From positions 1,376,001-1,440,000 of the forward strand of contig OZ219802.1 of NCBI GenBank assembly GCA_964291655.2: a DNA stretch of 64,000 nt, written 5' to 3'. Origin of the DNA: Chloroflexota bacterium. Lineage in GTDB: Bacteria > Chloroflexota > UBA11872 > VXOZ01. The notes beneath the pieces are model-generated. The model searched no databases and was not told the DNA's origin. It saw only the letters and a list, made by a program, of their open reading frames with translations. The position numbers and the translations under genes were made by a program. Positions 20,162 through 33,065 of this stretch are shown here, one piece after another; position 1 is the stretch's first letter; each line of letters opens with the position of its first letter.

Positions 20162-20190
20162 GAAGGGGGCTCTGCCCCCTTCTTCGTTCT
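20162..20190 (+). terminator. rho-independent terminator-like hairpin
   Basis: GAAGGGGGC-TCT-GCCCCCTTC followed by a T-rich tail. Confidence 0.6.
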
Positions 20191-20485
20191 TACTCGAGCA
20201 TCCTTGTCTGAGTAGGGCTAGTCTGAACAGAAGTGACAAGTGGCAATAGCTCTCACGCGAGGGAGAGAGCTAGGGTGCTGGCGAATCATTTATGAGTCAG
20301 AATTAGCGGCGACCCCAGTGCATCCCTCACGAGTACTCGTCCCGCACCTACTTGACGAAAGGAACTGCGTGCAAATGCAAACTACACAATTGCGCTGCGC
20401 AGAAGCCGACCGCCAGGACGAGGATTCGACTGACTTGGGACCGAGCTGTCGGCCTAACCTTGAACGACAGTCAAAGGCTGTAGGC

Positions 20486-21025
20486 TTAGGTGCACGAAAC
20501 GAGATCGCGTTCGTAGAATTGAGCATCCGGCAGCGGATTTATGGTGTAGGACTGAATACGCCGAAAGCCCAGAGATTCGTAGAGCCGCGTCGCGGCAGTC
20601 ATGCGCTGCATGGTGTCTAGGCGCATAGCATGGAAGTCGAGACGTTGCGCGACACAGATTGCAGCCTCGCACAGACTTCTCCCGATGCCGCTTCCCCGGT
20701 GGGATGGTCTTACGTACATCCGCTTAAGCTCACATACACCCACACCAAGATCACGGAGCGCGGCAATTCCAACCACTTCGCCCGCCCGGTCAACCACAAG
20801 CAACGCGGCGCCTCGACCGGACTCTCCGTACCGGCGTTGTGCTTCGGCCATTTCGCGATCGACATCTTGAAAGTCGACTTCAAAGCCCAAGGAATCTAGG
20901 TATTCGCGAGCGAGGTTAGTGAAAGCCCGATAGTCGTCGTGACTCTCCGCACGTCTGATGCTAATTTCGTCTGCGTCTCTGCCTTGCACGGGGCGGTCGT
21001 TCTCGCCCTCTGTCGGTGTACCCAA
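20486..21025 (-). CDS. GNAT N-acetyltransferase
   Basis: CELKRMYVRPSHRGSGIG, MRLDT, LYESLGF. Confidence 0.9.
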   Translation of the reverse strand: MGTPTEGENDRPVQGRDADEISIRRAESHDDYRAFTNLAREYLDSLGFEVDFQDVDREMAEAQRRYGESGRGAALLVVDRAGEVVGIAALRDLGVGVCELKRMYVRPSHRGSGIGRSLCEAAICVAQRLDFHAMRLDTMQRMTAATRLYESLGFRRIQSYTINPLPDAQFYERDLVSCT

Positions 21026-21115
21026 CTAGGCCACAGTCTACTGTGTGATCAATTGCTGTGCCGTACCGCTTCGATAGAGCAAGCGCGCCAGTAGACTCTC
21101 CAGTACGCGCTTGAC

Positions 21116-21535
21116 TCAGGAGAACGAGACACAGGCAGTGCGCACAACCCGCAGTACGGATTCTTGGCTGAAGCGCGTCTCGTACTCTGCCGAGATTTCG
21201 TCGGTGAGGCGCATGCCCTCTTCACCCGGTAACGTCAGAATGATCAGCACCTTGGAGCGCTCACGCTTTATAACACCGTTAGAGCCGCGCCATTGTCCAG
21301 CGCCGTCTACTACCGTCAGCCCGTCAGGAAAGCGAGGCGTGACCGTATCCGCTAGGAAGGCGGCCCAGGCTTCATCGCTGACCACCTCAACGCCAGCGCT
21401 GCTGCGTCCGAAGAAGAGTTGGTATTCGGCAAAAGCATCCGTGCCTTCCGGGCAGGAGGATACGGCGTAGGCGCTGCAACCTACCAGGATAAGAACGGCA
21501 ATGGAAATCGAGAAGAGGCACAGTAATCTGCGCAC
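21116..21535 (-). CDS. DUF3574-like lipoprotein
   Basis: LVGC lipobox, LFFGR, FLADTVTPRFPDGLTV, FSQESVL. Confidence 0.85.
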   Translation of the reverse strand: MRRLLCLFSISIAVLILVGCSAYAVSSCPEGTDAFAEYQLFFGRSSAGVEVVSDEAWAAFLADTVTPRFPDGLTVVDGAGQWRGSNGVIKRERSKVLIILTLPGEEGMRLTDEISAEYETRFSQESVLRVVRTACVSFS

Positions 21536-21671
21536 AATGGCACCTCCGAAAAGACGGCTACATGCTCAACCTAGGCCCACGTGGGCATTCCGGTAGTTCA
21601 CAAGAGATGTTCCCTTTAGATGTATTTGCAATACCCGAACCTGCGGCCGGGGAGACCCTCTTCTCCCTGGC

Positions 21672-21850
21672 AGACCTTTGCATAACCCATCACCTATAAG
21701 GGGAAAGGATGGGATGGGGGTGAAACGAGTTGACATTATGCTATCTCTAGGTGTAAATGCGCCCTGGATTCCGGCTTTCGCCGGAATGACGGACTTACGC
21801 AAAGGTCTCCTGGGGAGTGTACAGACCGGGGAAATAGGGAATAGTTGCTC
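21672..21850. mobile_element. GAGACCTTTGC-ended MITE plus an adjacent orphan M2-type end
   Basis: AGACCTTTGCATAACC...GACTTACGCAAAGGTCTCC with internal REP; GGGAG|TGTACAGACCGGGGAAATAGGGAATAGTTG at 21818. Confidence 0.6.
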
Positions 21851-22177
21851 GTGGTGAGGGGAAAGAGATGCCGGTCCGGCCCATATTGACAGTTTGGCAA
21901 AGTTACCCAAGAGTTCCCATGCGAATGCTTCTACGAGCTCGAGCACGAATCTCGCCTAGCGTACCCGGTACCGCGCGCCTTGCGAGAACGCATGCTCTTG
22001 GCTTCGCCAGAGCTTGTCACGCGAGCATACTGAAACACAGCAATAGCTGTGAACAGTATACTGCACGCAGGCACAGTAGTAAGTAAGAGTTCGGACCCGC
22101 ATGTCGCGCGATAAGAAGAAAGTGTAGTGCAAATGCCGATGCAATCTAACGGGATTTCCCCAAGTCCTGAGCCAAGA

Positions 22178-24069
22178 ATGTTCGACGACTCCAGCGACTG
22201 GATGAGGGGTATCACCCGCACGTGGCAGTTCCTGCCGCCGGTCGACATGCGGGCTGCCATCACACCGCACGAGGTCGAGGCGGCCAGCGGACATACGTTT
22301 GTCATCACGCTGACGGCGGGGCCGGGTCTCATCCTAGCCGCAGGCGCCCATATCACGGTGGAAATCCCGGATTGCTGGGACTGCCATTTAGGCAACTGCT
22401 ATCGCCGGGGTGTGCAAACACTCGGCAGCCGCGACCAAATCCGCGCGGGCTATGGCGCGTTTGCCGACGTGGCGTGCACGAATGCTGACGTGCAGCTCGC
22501 GCTTGCTGTCTCCTATGGACGCCATCTCGATCTGCTCGACGTCGTGGTGCAAGCCGGCACGCTGCAGGCAGGAGACGAGGTGCAGATAACGCTTGGCGCA
22601 CCTGACGGCAATCTGCTGCAGGCCCAGAAGTTTGCCCAAACCGCCATTTTCAGCATCGGCGTTGACGTGGACAGCAGCGGAGAGTACCGGCGAATCGCCA
22701 ACTTCCCCACGGTGAAGGTGGTGGGCGCGCACACGGCCGACCGCTTTCGCGTCTTCGCGCCTGCCGTGGTGCAGCCGGGTGAATCATTTGACGTGCGGGT
22801 GCTGCCGGTGGATATCTATAGTTTCAATCCCGCGACGAGCTATGCCGGCGAGGCACAGGTGTTCGCGCCGGAGGGCGTGGAGACAGAAGACCGCGTGGCA
22901 GTAGACAAAACAGCGCAGCCCTTAAGGCAGACCATTGCCGTTACCGCCAAGACTACCGGCGTACACACGCTCAGCGTTTTCGACCCCATCGCGGGCATCT
23001 CCGGCAGGAGCAATCCCGTCGGTGCAGGTTTCTTGCCGGACCGGGGGGTTACTTTGGCGAGATGCACAGCCAGATGTGGCACAGCATGGGCACAGGCACG
23101 ACAGAGGAGTTCTTTAGATGGGGACGGGACGTGGCCGGACTCGACTTCTGCGCGCCTGCCAATCACTACAACTGGCGCTTTGAGGTTAATGACGACATCT
23201 GGCAGGGGCTCGTCCACGACTGTAATCGTCACAACGATCCCGGCCGGTTCGTCACGCTGGTCAGCTTCGAGTGGGGCGGCATCGGCGGCAGCGGACACAA
23301 GAACATCTACTACCGGGGGGATAGCGGGCCGTTCCACTATTGGTACCAGGGCGAGCACCGCGATCCCAACGCGCTTTGGGAGGATATGGCGGCACGCGGC
23401 TTGGAGGCGCTCACCGTGCCTCACCACCCCAAGTCCATGGGCGGCGCCGACTGGCGCTTCCGCAACGACCGCTATCAACGACTGGTCGAAATCTGTTCCA
23501 TGTGGGACATTGCGGAAGAGTCCGGGCCGCTCAGCGTGCAGGCCGCCTTGGCGATGGGACACCGCCTCGGATTTGTCGGCGGCACGGATAGCCATTACGG
23601 TCTGGCCAACCAGGGCAGCTTTCACGTGAACGACGGCAACGGCCTGGCGTGCGTCGTGGCACCTGAGCTTACTCGTGAATCAATCTGGCAGGCGCTCTAC
23701 GACCGCCGCTGCTACGCGACCACCGGCGACCGCATCCTGCTGGACTTCACCATTGACGACAAGCCAATGGGGAGCGACAACGCCGCCGACCTAAACAGTG
23801 TAGGGCCGCGCCGCCTACGCATGCGCGCAGCAGGCACCGCGCCGTTCACCAGCGTCGAGGTCATCCGCAACAACCAGGTGGTCTTCAGCGCCGACCCACA
23901 CAGCGATGTGTGGGAAGATGAATGGACCGACACCGCCGACCTCGCCGCCGTCGCCTTTTCACCCACGTTTCCGAACGACCGCCCGTTCGTCTACTACTAC
24001 CTGCGCGTCTACCAAGCCAACCGCCAACGCGCGTGGAGCAGCCCGATCTGGTTCACGCAGGCGGGGTAA
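22178..24069 (+). pseudogene. DUF3604/PHP-like metallohydrolase gene split by a 1-bp frameshift at ~23050
   Basis: First frame reads ...FLPDRGV; second frame reads YFGEMHSQ...LDFCA..NH...GFVGGTDSH...RRCYATTG...AWSSPIW; adding one base at GGGGGGTTAC restores a single ORF. Confidence 0.8.
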
Positions 24070-24198
24070 GACCTATAGCAGTTCTGATATTGATTTGCCT
24101 TGAACCAATCCAAAGAGACCCAGAAAGCACGTGCCGTTGTGCTTGGGTCTCCGAAGGGCGAGTAGACTGTCAAGAGAGTCTATTGGGAAGGCCCAGTC

Positions 24199-25017
24199 TT
24201 ACTCGGGCGTGCGCTGCAGGGCTTCTTCAACGCGCCGCAGGGAGTCTTGGGTCGTGCGCAGTTCCTGGAGCAGTTCATCTCTGGATGATGGCACTTTCAA
24301 CGTTCGCAGACGCTCTTCCTTGGCTTCGTCCATGGTGCTCACTACAACGGCAATGAACAGGTTGGCCCCGATGAACGTGGTTATTATTACGAAACTGACA
24401 AAGTAGACCCAAGCGAACGGCACTGCATTGAGCGCAGTTTGCATGATGTCTGACCAGCCGTCCAGTGTTACCACCTGAAAGAGCGATAGTACGGAATCGC
24501 CCAGCGTTCCCCAGTGTTCCGGGTCGTGATCCCCAAGAAGACTATTTCCGTAAACGGCGTACAGATAGATAACGATGCACAGCAGCATCAGGATGTGCGC
24601 CATGTCCGGTATGGAGCGAAACATCGTTGTAAGGATTAAGCGCATCGCCTTGATAGTCGTTAAGCCCTGGAGCAGCCGCAACAGGCGCACGACAATGATG
24701 AGTAGCGCGAAGTCGGCGGCAAACTCAAAGACTGCAATACCGCCTATGATTGCAGTGATTACGAGAAAGTCAAAGACGTTCCAGGGCTCCCTAAAGTACC
24801 GGTCTATTCGTGGCGCAACCGCGACTATCTTGAGAATCACTTCCAGCACGAGCACGAGCAGCATAAGAATGACGAACAGGCCTATCCAGACTTGGTACTG
24901 TTCAAGTAGGTCATCAAAAGTAGCCACCCCGTGCAGAATCGACGTACCGACAATGAGCAAGACGAGGATGTATTCGAACATCCGTGCGTGTACGATACGG
25001 TGCGCTAAGCTTCGCAT
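24199..25017 (-). CDS. 6-TM prokaryotic voltage-gated-like ion channel (BacNav family)
   Basis: YFREPWNVFDF, S4 RLLRLL, pore LFQVVTLDGWSDIM, S6 NLFIAVVV, C-terminal coiled coil. Confidence 0.92.
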   Translation of the reverse strand: MRSLAHRIVHARMFEYILVLLIVGTSILHGVATFDDLLEQYQVWIGLFVILMLLVLVLEVILKIVAVAPRIDRYFREPWNVFDFLVITAIIGGIAVFEFAADFALLIIVVRLLRLLQGLTTIKAMRLILTTMFRSIPDMAHILMLLCIVIYLYAVYGNSLLGDHDPEHWGTLGDSVLSLFQVVTLDGWSDIMQTALNAVPFAWVYFVSFVIITTFIGANLFIAVVVSTMDEAKEERLRTLKVPSSRDELLQELRTTQDSLRRVEEALQRTPE

Positions 25018-25225
25018 GCCTTCGCTCCTCCTCGTGGCAAGAAATACACTATCGGGCTAGTCGTTTGTCACCATTATAGTGACGGCTACACCGATTTCAG
25101 TTTGCTGGGCGCATCTTACCAATAGAAGTGCAGGCCCGCTTGTTCGCGGAAATCCACCAGGGTCACCACGGGTGCGGTGAGGAGCGCCGGGGCAACGAAA
25201 GAATAAAGAAACGAAAGCGCTCGAT

Positions 25226-26104
25226 ATGAGTCGACGCGTGTTGCGCAAGCAGCTTATCGCGGCAATCGAAGCGGGAGATGAGAACCGGGTCGCCGAGATT
25301 GCTGCCGCTGACCCTACCATTGTCAATGCGGCAAACTCGCACGGTCACGTCCCGCTTGGCGCTGCCATTGGCACCGGCTGCCTCGAACGCGTCAAGCAGT
25401 TGGTCGTGCTGGGCGCCGATCCAAGCCATGCCTACCACGGTCGCACCTTGCTGGATGCGGCGGCGTTTAGCGGGCACGCGGACATCTTCCGCTATCTCGT
25501 CTCGTTCGGCATGCAGCCAAGCGTCCATCACGCCGCTGCACTTGGTGAATTCCGCCTCTTGGGACAGATGTTGACGGAAAATCCAGCCTTGAGGGAACCA
25601 ACGGCAGCAGGTGGCCGTTGGCGCATCACGCCGTTGCACGCTGCCGTGATCGCAGGTAACCGCGAAACCGTAGAGTTTCTGCTTGGGCAAGACGTGCCGG
25701 TGGACGCACGGAACCACAACGGCCACACCGCACTGGCACTGGGCGCGGAGCATCCTCCGAAGGAAAACCGCGCACCCATCGCCGAACTGCTGCTTGCCCA
25801 CGGCGCGGAAGTAGACGCCGCTGCCGGACATCACGGCGGCACTGTGCTCCACCGTGCCGTCATCCACGGCGACGTTGCCTTGGCCCGCTTGCTGCTGGAG
25901 CACGGCGCCGGCCCGAACCGCCAGGATTGGTCGGGCAAGACGCCGCTCCATCACGCGGTGGCCAAGAATCGAAAGCTTGTGGAATTGGTGCTGGCATTCT
26001 CACCGAATCTTGCGTTGGAATCCCGCGACGGGGAGACACCGTTGCAGTATGCGCGACGTTTGCGAAAACGTGCGCTCGTGCAACTGTTGAAGGTTGGGGA
26101 GTAG
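25226..26104 (+). CDS. ankyrin-repeat protein
   Basis: Multiple TPLH/TAL/TVLH...LL.HGA repeats. Confidence 0.9.
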   Translation: MSRRVLRKQLIAAIEAGDENRVAEIAAADPTIVNAANSHGHVPLGAAIGTGCLERVKQLVVLGADPSHAYHGRTLLDAAAFSGHADIFRYLVSFGMQPSVHHAAALGEFRLLGQMLTENPALREPTAAGGRWRITPLHAAVIAGNRETVEFLLGQDVPVDARNHNGHTALALGAEHPPKENRAPIAELLLAHGAEVDAAAGHHGGTVLHRAVIHGDVALARLLLEHGAGPNRQDWSGKTPLHHAVAKNRKLVELVLAFSPNLALESRDGETPLQYARRLRKRALVQLLKVGE

Positions 26105-26214
26105 GCGCGAACGACGCAATCTTCCTTTTCTCACCCGGCACAGTACGTCGCAAAAGGCGCATAGAGAATCTGGCAATTCGCTCGCAATTGCTATGAAATT
26201 AGCCGCTACATCAT

Positions 26215-26700
26215 CCGTCATTCCGGCTTTCGCCGGAATCCATCTTTATCAATTTGCAGTCAAGAGTGACGAGCGGGGGACGAGCCCCAATGCTGTCGCT
26301 CTGACTTTCTTGGCAAAGAACATGGCGTTCTCATTACCTTACAATTCCGGTAGCGCAGGCCCTTCGGAGACCTTCGCATCACCCTTGCCGGGGCGGGAAA
26401 GTCCCCTCTCCCCAAGGTGAGGGAGTAGCTCGTGCGCCTCCGGCCGGGTTTACGCAAAGGTCTCCTTAGGCAGAGCCTGTGTTGAGCACTTCGACAGGTT
26501 CAGCATAGGTTTGCAACCCGTATCGAGTACGGGGCAGGCTCCGCGCCTGTTGCAGGGTCTTACCCTTGCGCACCCGTTTCTATCAGAGGAAATGTTAGAA
26601 TCACCCCTTGTGCAGCTGACGTGGTCGCACTTCCGCGTACGCTGGCGGGGGACAAGCCCGCGCCCGACACGTTGCCGTGAGTGCACAGGTGCGAAACGGC
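26215..26700. repeat. cluster of REP/MITE palindromes
   Basis: GTCATTCCGGCTTTCGCCGGAATCC; GAGACCTTCGC...GCAAAGGTCTC; CTTCGACAGGTTCAG; CCCGTATCGAGTACGGGGCAGGCTC; GGGGACAAGCCCG. Confidence 0.65.
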
Positions 26701-26869
26701 GCAGAATTCACGACACCTGCCCTCGCTCCTAGTGACGAGAGTGATGAGTCTCCGCGTGGAGTATCGGCTCTCTGCTTTCCCACCGCAGGGCGGTGTGGTA
26801 GAATGCCCGTAATCATTGAGGCGACTTTCCGCTTGCTCTTTCCCCACTAGTTTCGGAGTGCAGATTGGC

Positions 26870-29316
<2,447 letters not shown>

Positions 29317-29558
29317 CAGCGCAGTTTGCGGCTCCCGCGTCCCTCGAATCACGTGTGCTCTTCCCCCGCCGGTGTATGGAAACGAGTGCTCTGGTGCAGA
29401 TAGCTCCAAGAGCGGAGGTTACGGTCGCTAGTCTCGTCCGGACGCAATGCTTAGTGGGACCAATCCTTGGAGCGCCATAGCCACCCACGGCGAGTATGTG
29501 TAGTCCGGCGTGCAAGATGTCCGAAAGAACGTGTAGTGCATGTATAGAGAGCGTAAAC

Positions 29559-30599
29559 ATGGATGAAAATGGCCTCGCAGGCCTTGGCGTAGCAGTGATC
29601 GGCTTTGGCGTGGGGCGCAGCCACATGCGCGCGTATCGGGAGATCCCCGGTGTGCGGCTGGTTGTACTCTGCGATACCGACGAGGAGCGGCTGGCGCAGG
29701 CGCGGCAGGAGTTCGACGGCATCGCCACGACGAGCGACGTCGAGGAAGCCGTGAGCCGCGACGACGTACATGTGGTATCGGTCTGCACACCCGACCACCT
29801 GCACTACGAGCATTGTCTCGCTGCCCTCGCCCACGGCAAGCACATCCTCTGCGAGAAACCCATGACCACCAGCGAGCCGCACGCGTGGGACCTCGTACGA
29901 CGGGTCAGAGAGGCTGACGTGCGCTTTGCCGTAGGCAACGTCAACCGCTTCGTGCCGCAGTTCGCGGCCATCCACCAATTTGTGGAGGAGGGGCGGCTGG
30001 GCGAGCTCTTCTTCGTGGAAAGCGATTACATCCACGACATGCGCAACGTCTACCAACGCACGCCCTGGCGGGCCGATCCGGTGAACCCCCAAGACCCGTG
30101 GTTCGGCGGCGGTGTGCATCCCATGGACTTGGTGCGTTGGGTTGCGGGCGACGTGACGGAAATCACCCTGTACGCGAACAAGTGCGCCAGCACGCCGGAG
30201 TTCCCCCTGCCGGATACGTATATCAGCATCCTCAAGTTTGCCAACGGCTGTCTCGGTAAAGTGTGGGAGACGTCGGCCATTCGCCGTGTGCCGGGGCACG
30301 TGGTGAACTTCAACGCCTACGGCGCGGAAGGCACCATGCTTACCAATACGCTGGAGATGGAAGCGAAACTTTGGCTCAATTGGGGCGTGGAAGGCCAATC
30401 GGGCGCGCAGACGCTGCCGTTCCGGCGCACCATCGGCCATCCGGTGTTGGACGAACTGACGCACTTGGTGGAGTGCATTCGCACCGGTAAAACCCCGCTG
30501 GTGGATGACCTGGAAGGCGCGAAAACAGTGGCGACCCTGGCGGCAGGCCTGCGCTCGCTGGAAAGTGGACAGCCGGAGCAGGTGAACTCCGGGCCGTGA
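29559..30599 (+). CDS. Gfo/Idh/MocA oxidoreductase
   Basis: VAVIGFG, VCTPDHLH, GKHILCEKP, GGVHPMD. Confidence 0.92.
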   Translation: MDENGLAGLGVAVIGFGVGRSHMRAYREIPGVRLVVLCDTDEERLAQARQEFDGIATTSDVEEAVSRDDVHVVSVCTPDHLHYEHCLAALAHGKHILCEKPMTTSEPHAWDLVRRVREADVRFAVGNVNRFVPQFAAIHQFVEEGRLGELFFVESDYIHDMRNVYQRTPWRADPVNPQDPWFGGGVHPMDLVRWVAGDVTEITLYANKCASTPEFPLPDTYISILKFANGCLGKVWETSAIRRVPGHVVNFNAYGAEGTMLTNTLEMEAKLWLNWGVEGQSGAQTLPFRRTIGHPVLDELTHLVECIRTGKTPLVDDLEGAKTVATLAAGLRSLESGQPEQVNSGP

Positions 30600-30679
30600 G
30601 AGGGCAGCGGTCAGCAGATAGCGCTAACGCAGAGAGATAAGGCTTGGGTATGTTGCGCGTTTAGGCGGTGGGGTTTCTC

Positions 30680-31160
30680 TTCCGTCATTCCCGTGAAAAC
30701 GGGAATCCATCTTGAGCTTCCACGGTACCAACGTAGGGGCACGATATGTCGTGCCCCTACACCTTTCTGTGCCAGCAGGGATTGAGTTTCTTGCCCTCAC
30801 CCCGGCCCTCTCCCAGCGGGAGAGGGTGTATTCGCGGGTAAATTCCTTGTCGTGAAAGGGCAGCGATCAGCAATCTGCGCAACCGCAGGGAGATGAGGGT
30901 TGGGCAAGGTGTGCGTTTGGCCGGTGGGGTTTCTGATCCGTCATTCCCGTGAAAACGGGAATCCCTATTAAACTTCCACGATACCACCGTAGGGGCACGA
31001 TATATCGTGCCCCTACGCACATTCCAATTCCGCGAGTGTCAAAATCCCCTCACCCTAGCCCTCTCCCCAGGAGAGGGAATCGGAAGAGCCCATTGCACGT
31101 TTGCCCTCTTCCCATAGGGACCTTTGCGAAACCCCATTCCCCTTGATGGGGAAGGTCGGG
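30680..31160. repeat. composite REP cluster (GTCATTCCCG, GTAG-type and CCCTCACCC families), partly duplicated
   Basis: CGTCATTCCCGTGAAAACGGGAATCC x2, CGTAGGGGCACGATATRTCGTGCCCCTAC x2, CCCTCACCCYRGCCCTCTCCC..GGAGAGGG x2. Confidence 0.85.
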
Positions 31161-31289
31161 CCGGGGGGCGAACAGTGGCTGCATTGCAAGCAACCGTTGT
31201 CTGTTCAAGCTCCTCAGGATCCCTCGCCCCCGCGGGGCGCACTCGCGCCGGATTTACGGATTCCCCGGCCTTTTAGGTTAAGCCTGGCT

Positions 31290-32573
31290 TCAGTCCAGCA
31301 CCTGGGTGGCGACCTTCCACAGACCTTGGACCACGTCGGCGCAGTCTCCCTCGGTGTAACTAGGCGCAATGGCAATGTTCACGGCGCGGGCCATAACTTC
31401 TTCCGTGCGCGGGCAGAGGCCGGGAGCGTACTCCTGCGTGAGTGCGCCGACCGCCGGACGGTAATTCTGCAGCGCCTCGATGGTGTAGACCGGTTTGCCG
31501 CCATAGACGTGCCGCGCCGGAATGCCTTCCGCGCGGAGCGCCTTCACGAATGGTCCGGTGTTCTCGGGATCGTCCAGCAACAGGCCAAACGCCACGCCCG
31601 CCACGCCATCGGGATCGGGCAGGTGACGCAACGTCACGCCGGGCAGTCCCGCGACTTCGCGCTTGATCGTATCGTGGGCATGCCGCATATGGTCGATGAT
31701 ACCCGGCAGCTTGCGAAGTTGCGCCAGCGCCAGGGCGCCGGCGAGTTCGCCCATGCGGTAGACCTCACCCGGAAATGCGTCGAGCTGCCCGGGCGGGTAG
31801 GCGGTCAAATCGCCCATGGTGTCGTCCGGCGCGCTCGTCTCGATGGTCATGCGCCCAAAACGGTAGTTGCCGTGGTCGTGATAGCGTACCGCCCGCTCGA
31901 ACATCGCCGGCTCGCTGGTGGTGACAAACCCACCCTCGCCAGCGGTGATGATCTTGTTGACCTGCAGGCTAAATGCGCCCACATCGCCCCACGCGCCGAT
32001 GGGCTTATCTCTGTAGGCCGTGCCGGCCGACTGGGCACAGTCCTCGATGACGGTGAGATCGTGCCGCCGCGCGATGTCCATGATCGTGTCCATCTCGGCG
32101 GCCACGCCGCTGGTATGCACCGGCATGATAGCGCGCGTGCGGGACGTAATGCGGTTCTCGATGTCGTCGGGGGCAAGGGTGAATGACTCGTTGACGTCGG
32201 CGAACACCGGTATAGCCTGATGCGCGGCAACGGTGCCGGGCGAAGCGATAAAGGTGAGCGCGGGCACAATGACCTCATCGCCGGGGGCAATATCAAGGGC
32301 TTTCAAGCCGACTTTGAGGGCGGCTGTGCCTGACGTGACGCCCAGCGCATACGCCGTGCCCATCATGCGGGCCGCCTCACGCTCCAATGCGGCAACTTTG
32401 TCCGGCTCATTCACGCCGTAGAAGCGGAAGGGCGCACGGCGCTCCAGCACCTCGAGGACCAGTTCTCTCTCTTCATCGCCAATCAGACGCGCGCCGGGAT
32501 AGCCGGTCTCCAATGGGGCAGTGCGGACCGGCTCGCCGCCGTCTACGGCCAAGCGTTCGATTTTCGTTGCCAT
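31290..32573 (-). CDS. DegT/DnrJ/EryC1/StrS PLP-dependent aminotransferase
   Basis: SGTAAL, DEVIVP..TFIAS, IEDCAQS, FSLQVNKIITAGEGG. Confidence 0.93.
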   Translation of the reverse strand: MATKIERLAVDGGEPVRTAPLETGYPGARLIGDEERELVLEVLERRAPFRFYGVNEPDKVAALEREAARMMGTAYALGVTSGTAALKVGLKALDIAPGDEVIVPALTFIASPGTVAAHQAIPVFADVNESFTLAPDDIENRITSRTRAIMPVHTSGVAAEMDTIMDIARRHDLTVIEDCAQSAGTAYRDKPIGAWGDVGAFSLQVNKIITAGEGGFVTTSEPAMFERAVRYHDHGNYRFGRMTIETSAPDDTMGDLTAYPPGQLDAFPGEVYRMGELAGALALAQLRKLPGIIDHMRHAHDTIKREVAGLPGVTLRHLPDPDGVAGVAFGLLLDDPENTGPFVKALRAEGIPARHVYGGKPVYTIEALQNYRPAVGALTQEYAPGLCPRTEEVMARAVNIAIAPSYTEGDCADVVQGLWKVATQVLD

Positions 32574-32624
32574 GTTCTGTTTCTCCTTGATGTCGGCTAC
32601 CGGTGTCACGACGCATTCACTGGA

Positions 32625-33030
32625 GATGCACGACATGTCGTGCCCCTAGCCTTTTCCAAACTGCTCTCGGACGGCCCCGACCGGCCGCGCTTACCGAACT
32701 ATGGGTTCGACAGGCGTCCGCGCGTCAAGAGAGCCCTTCTGATCCGTCAATCCCGCGCACGCGGGAATCCATCCTATCTGTACACTTTGTTGTCTGTACT
32801 CTTTGCTATCACCGTAGGGGCACGATATATCGTGCCCCTACGGTGATAGCCAATCCGTCTTTCCCACGAAAGCGGGAATCCATCTTCTCTTCCGGCCTCA
32901 GCCGTCTAAATGCATGACCGCGAGGTCCAAACTTGCCCCGACTTCGGCCACGTATCGCGTCGCTTCGCCGTATCGCCCACGGGGCAGGCTCTTCGGCAAG
33001 CTCAAAGCAGGCTTTCCGCCGGAGTGACGG
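32625..33030. repeat. REP cluster
   Basis: GTAGGGGCACGATATATCGTGCCCCTAC, GTCAATCCCGCGCACGCGGGAATCC, CTTGCCCCG...CGGGGCAGG. Confidence 0.75.
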
Positions 33031-33065
33031 ACTTACCCGCCAATGCGGTGGAGAAAGTGCACGAG

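Noticed and set aside
23051-23629. C-terminal 190 aa of the 500-aa ORF 22127..23629
   Set aside because: Out-of-frame read-through after the frameshift; the real coding frame is the 23062 ORF.
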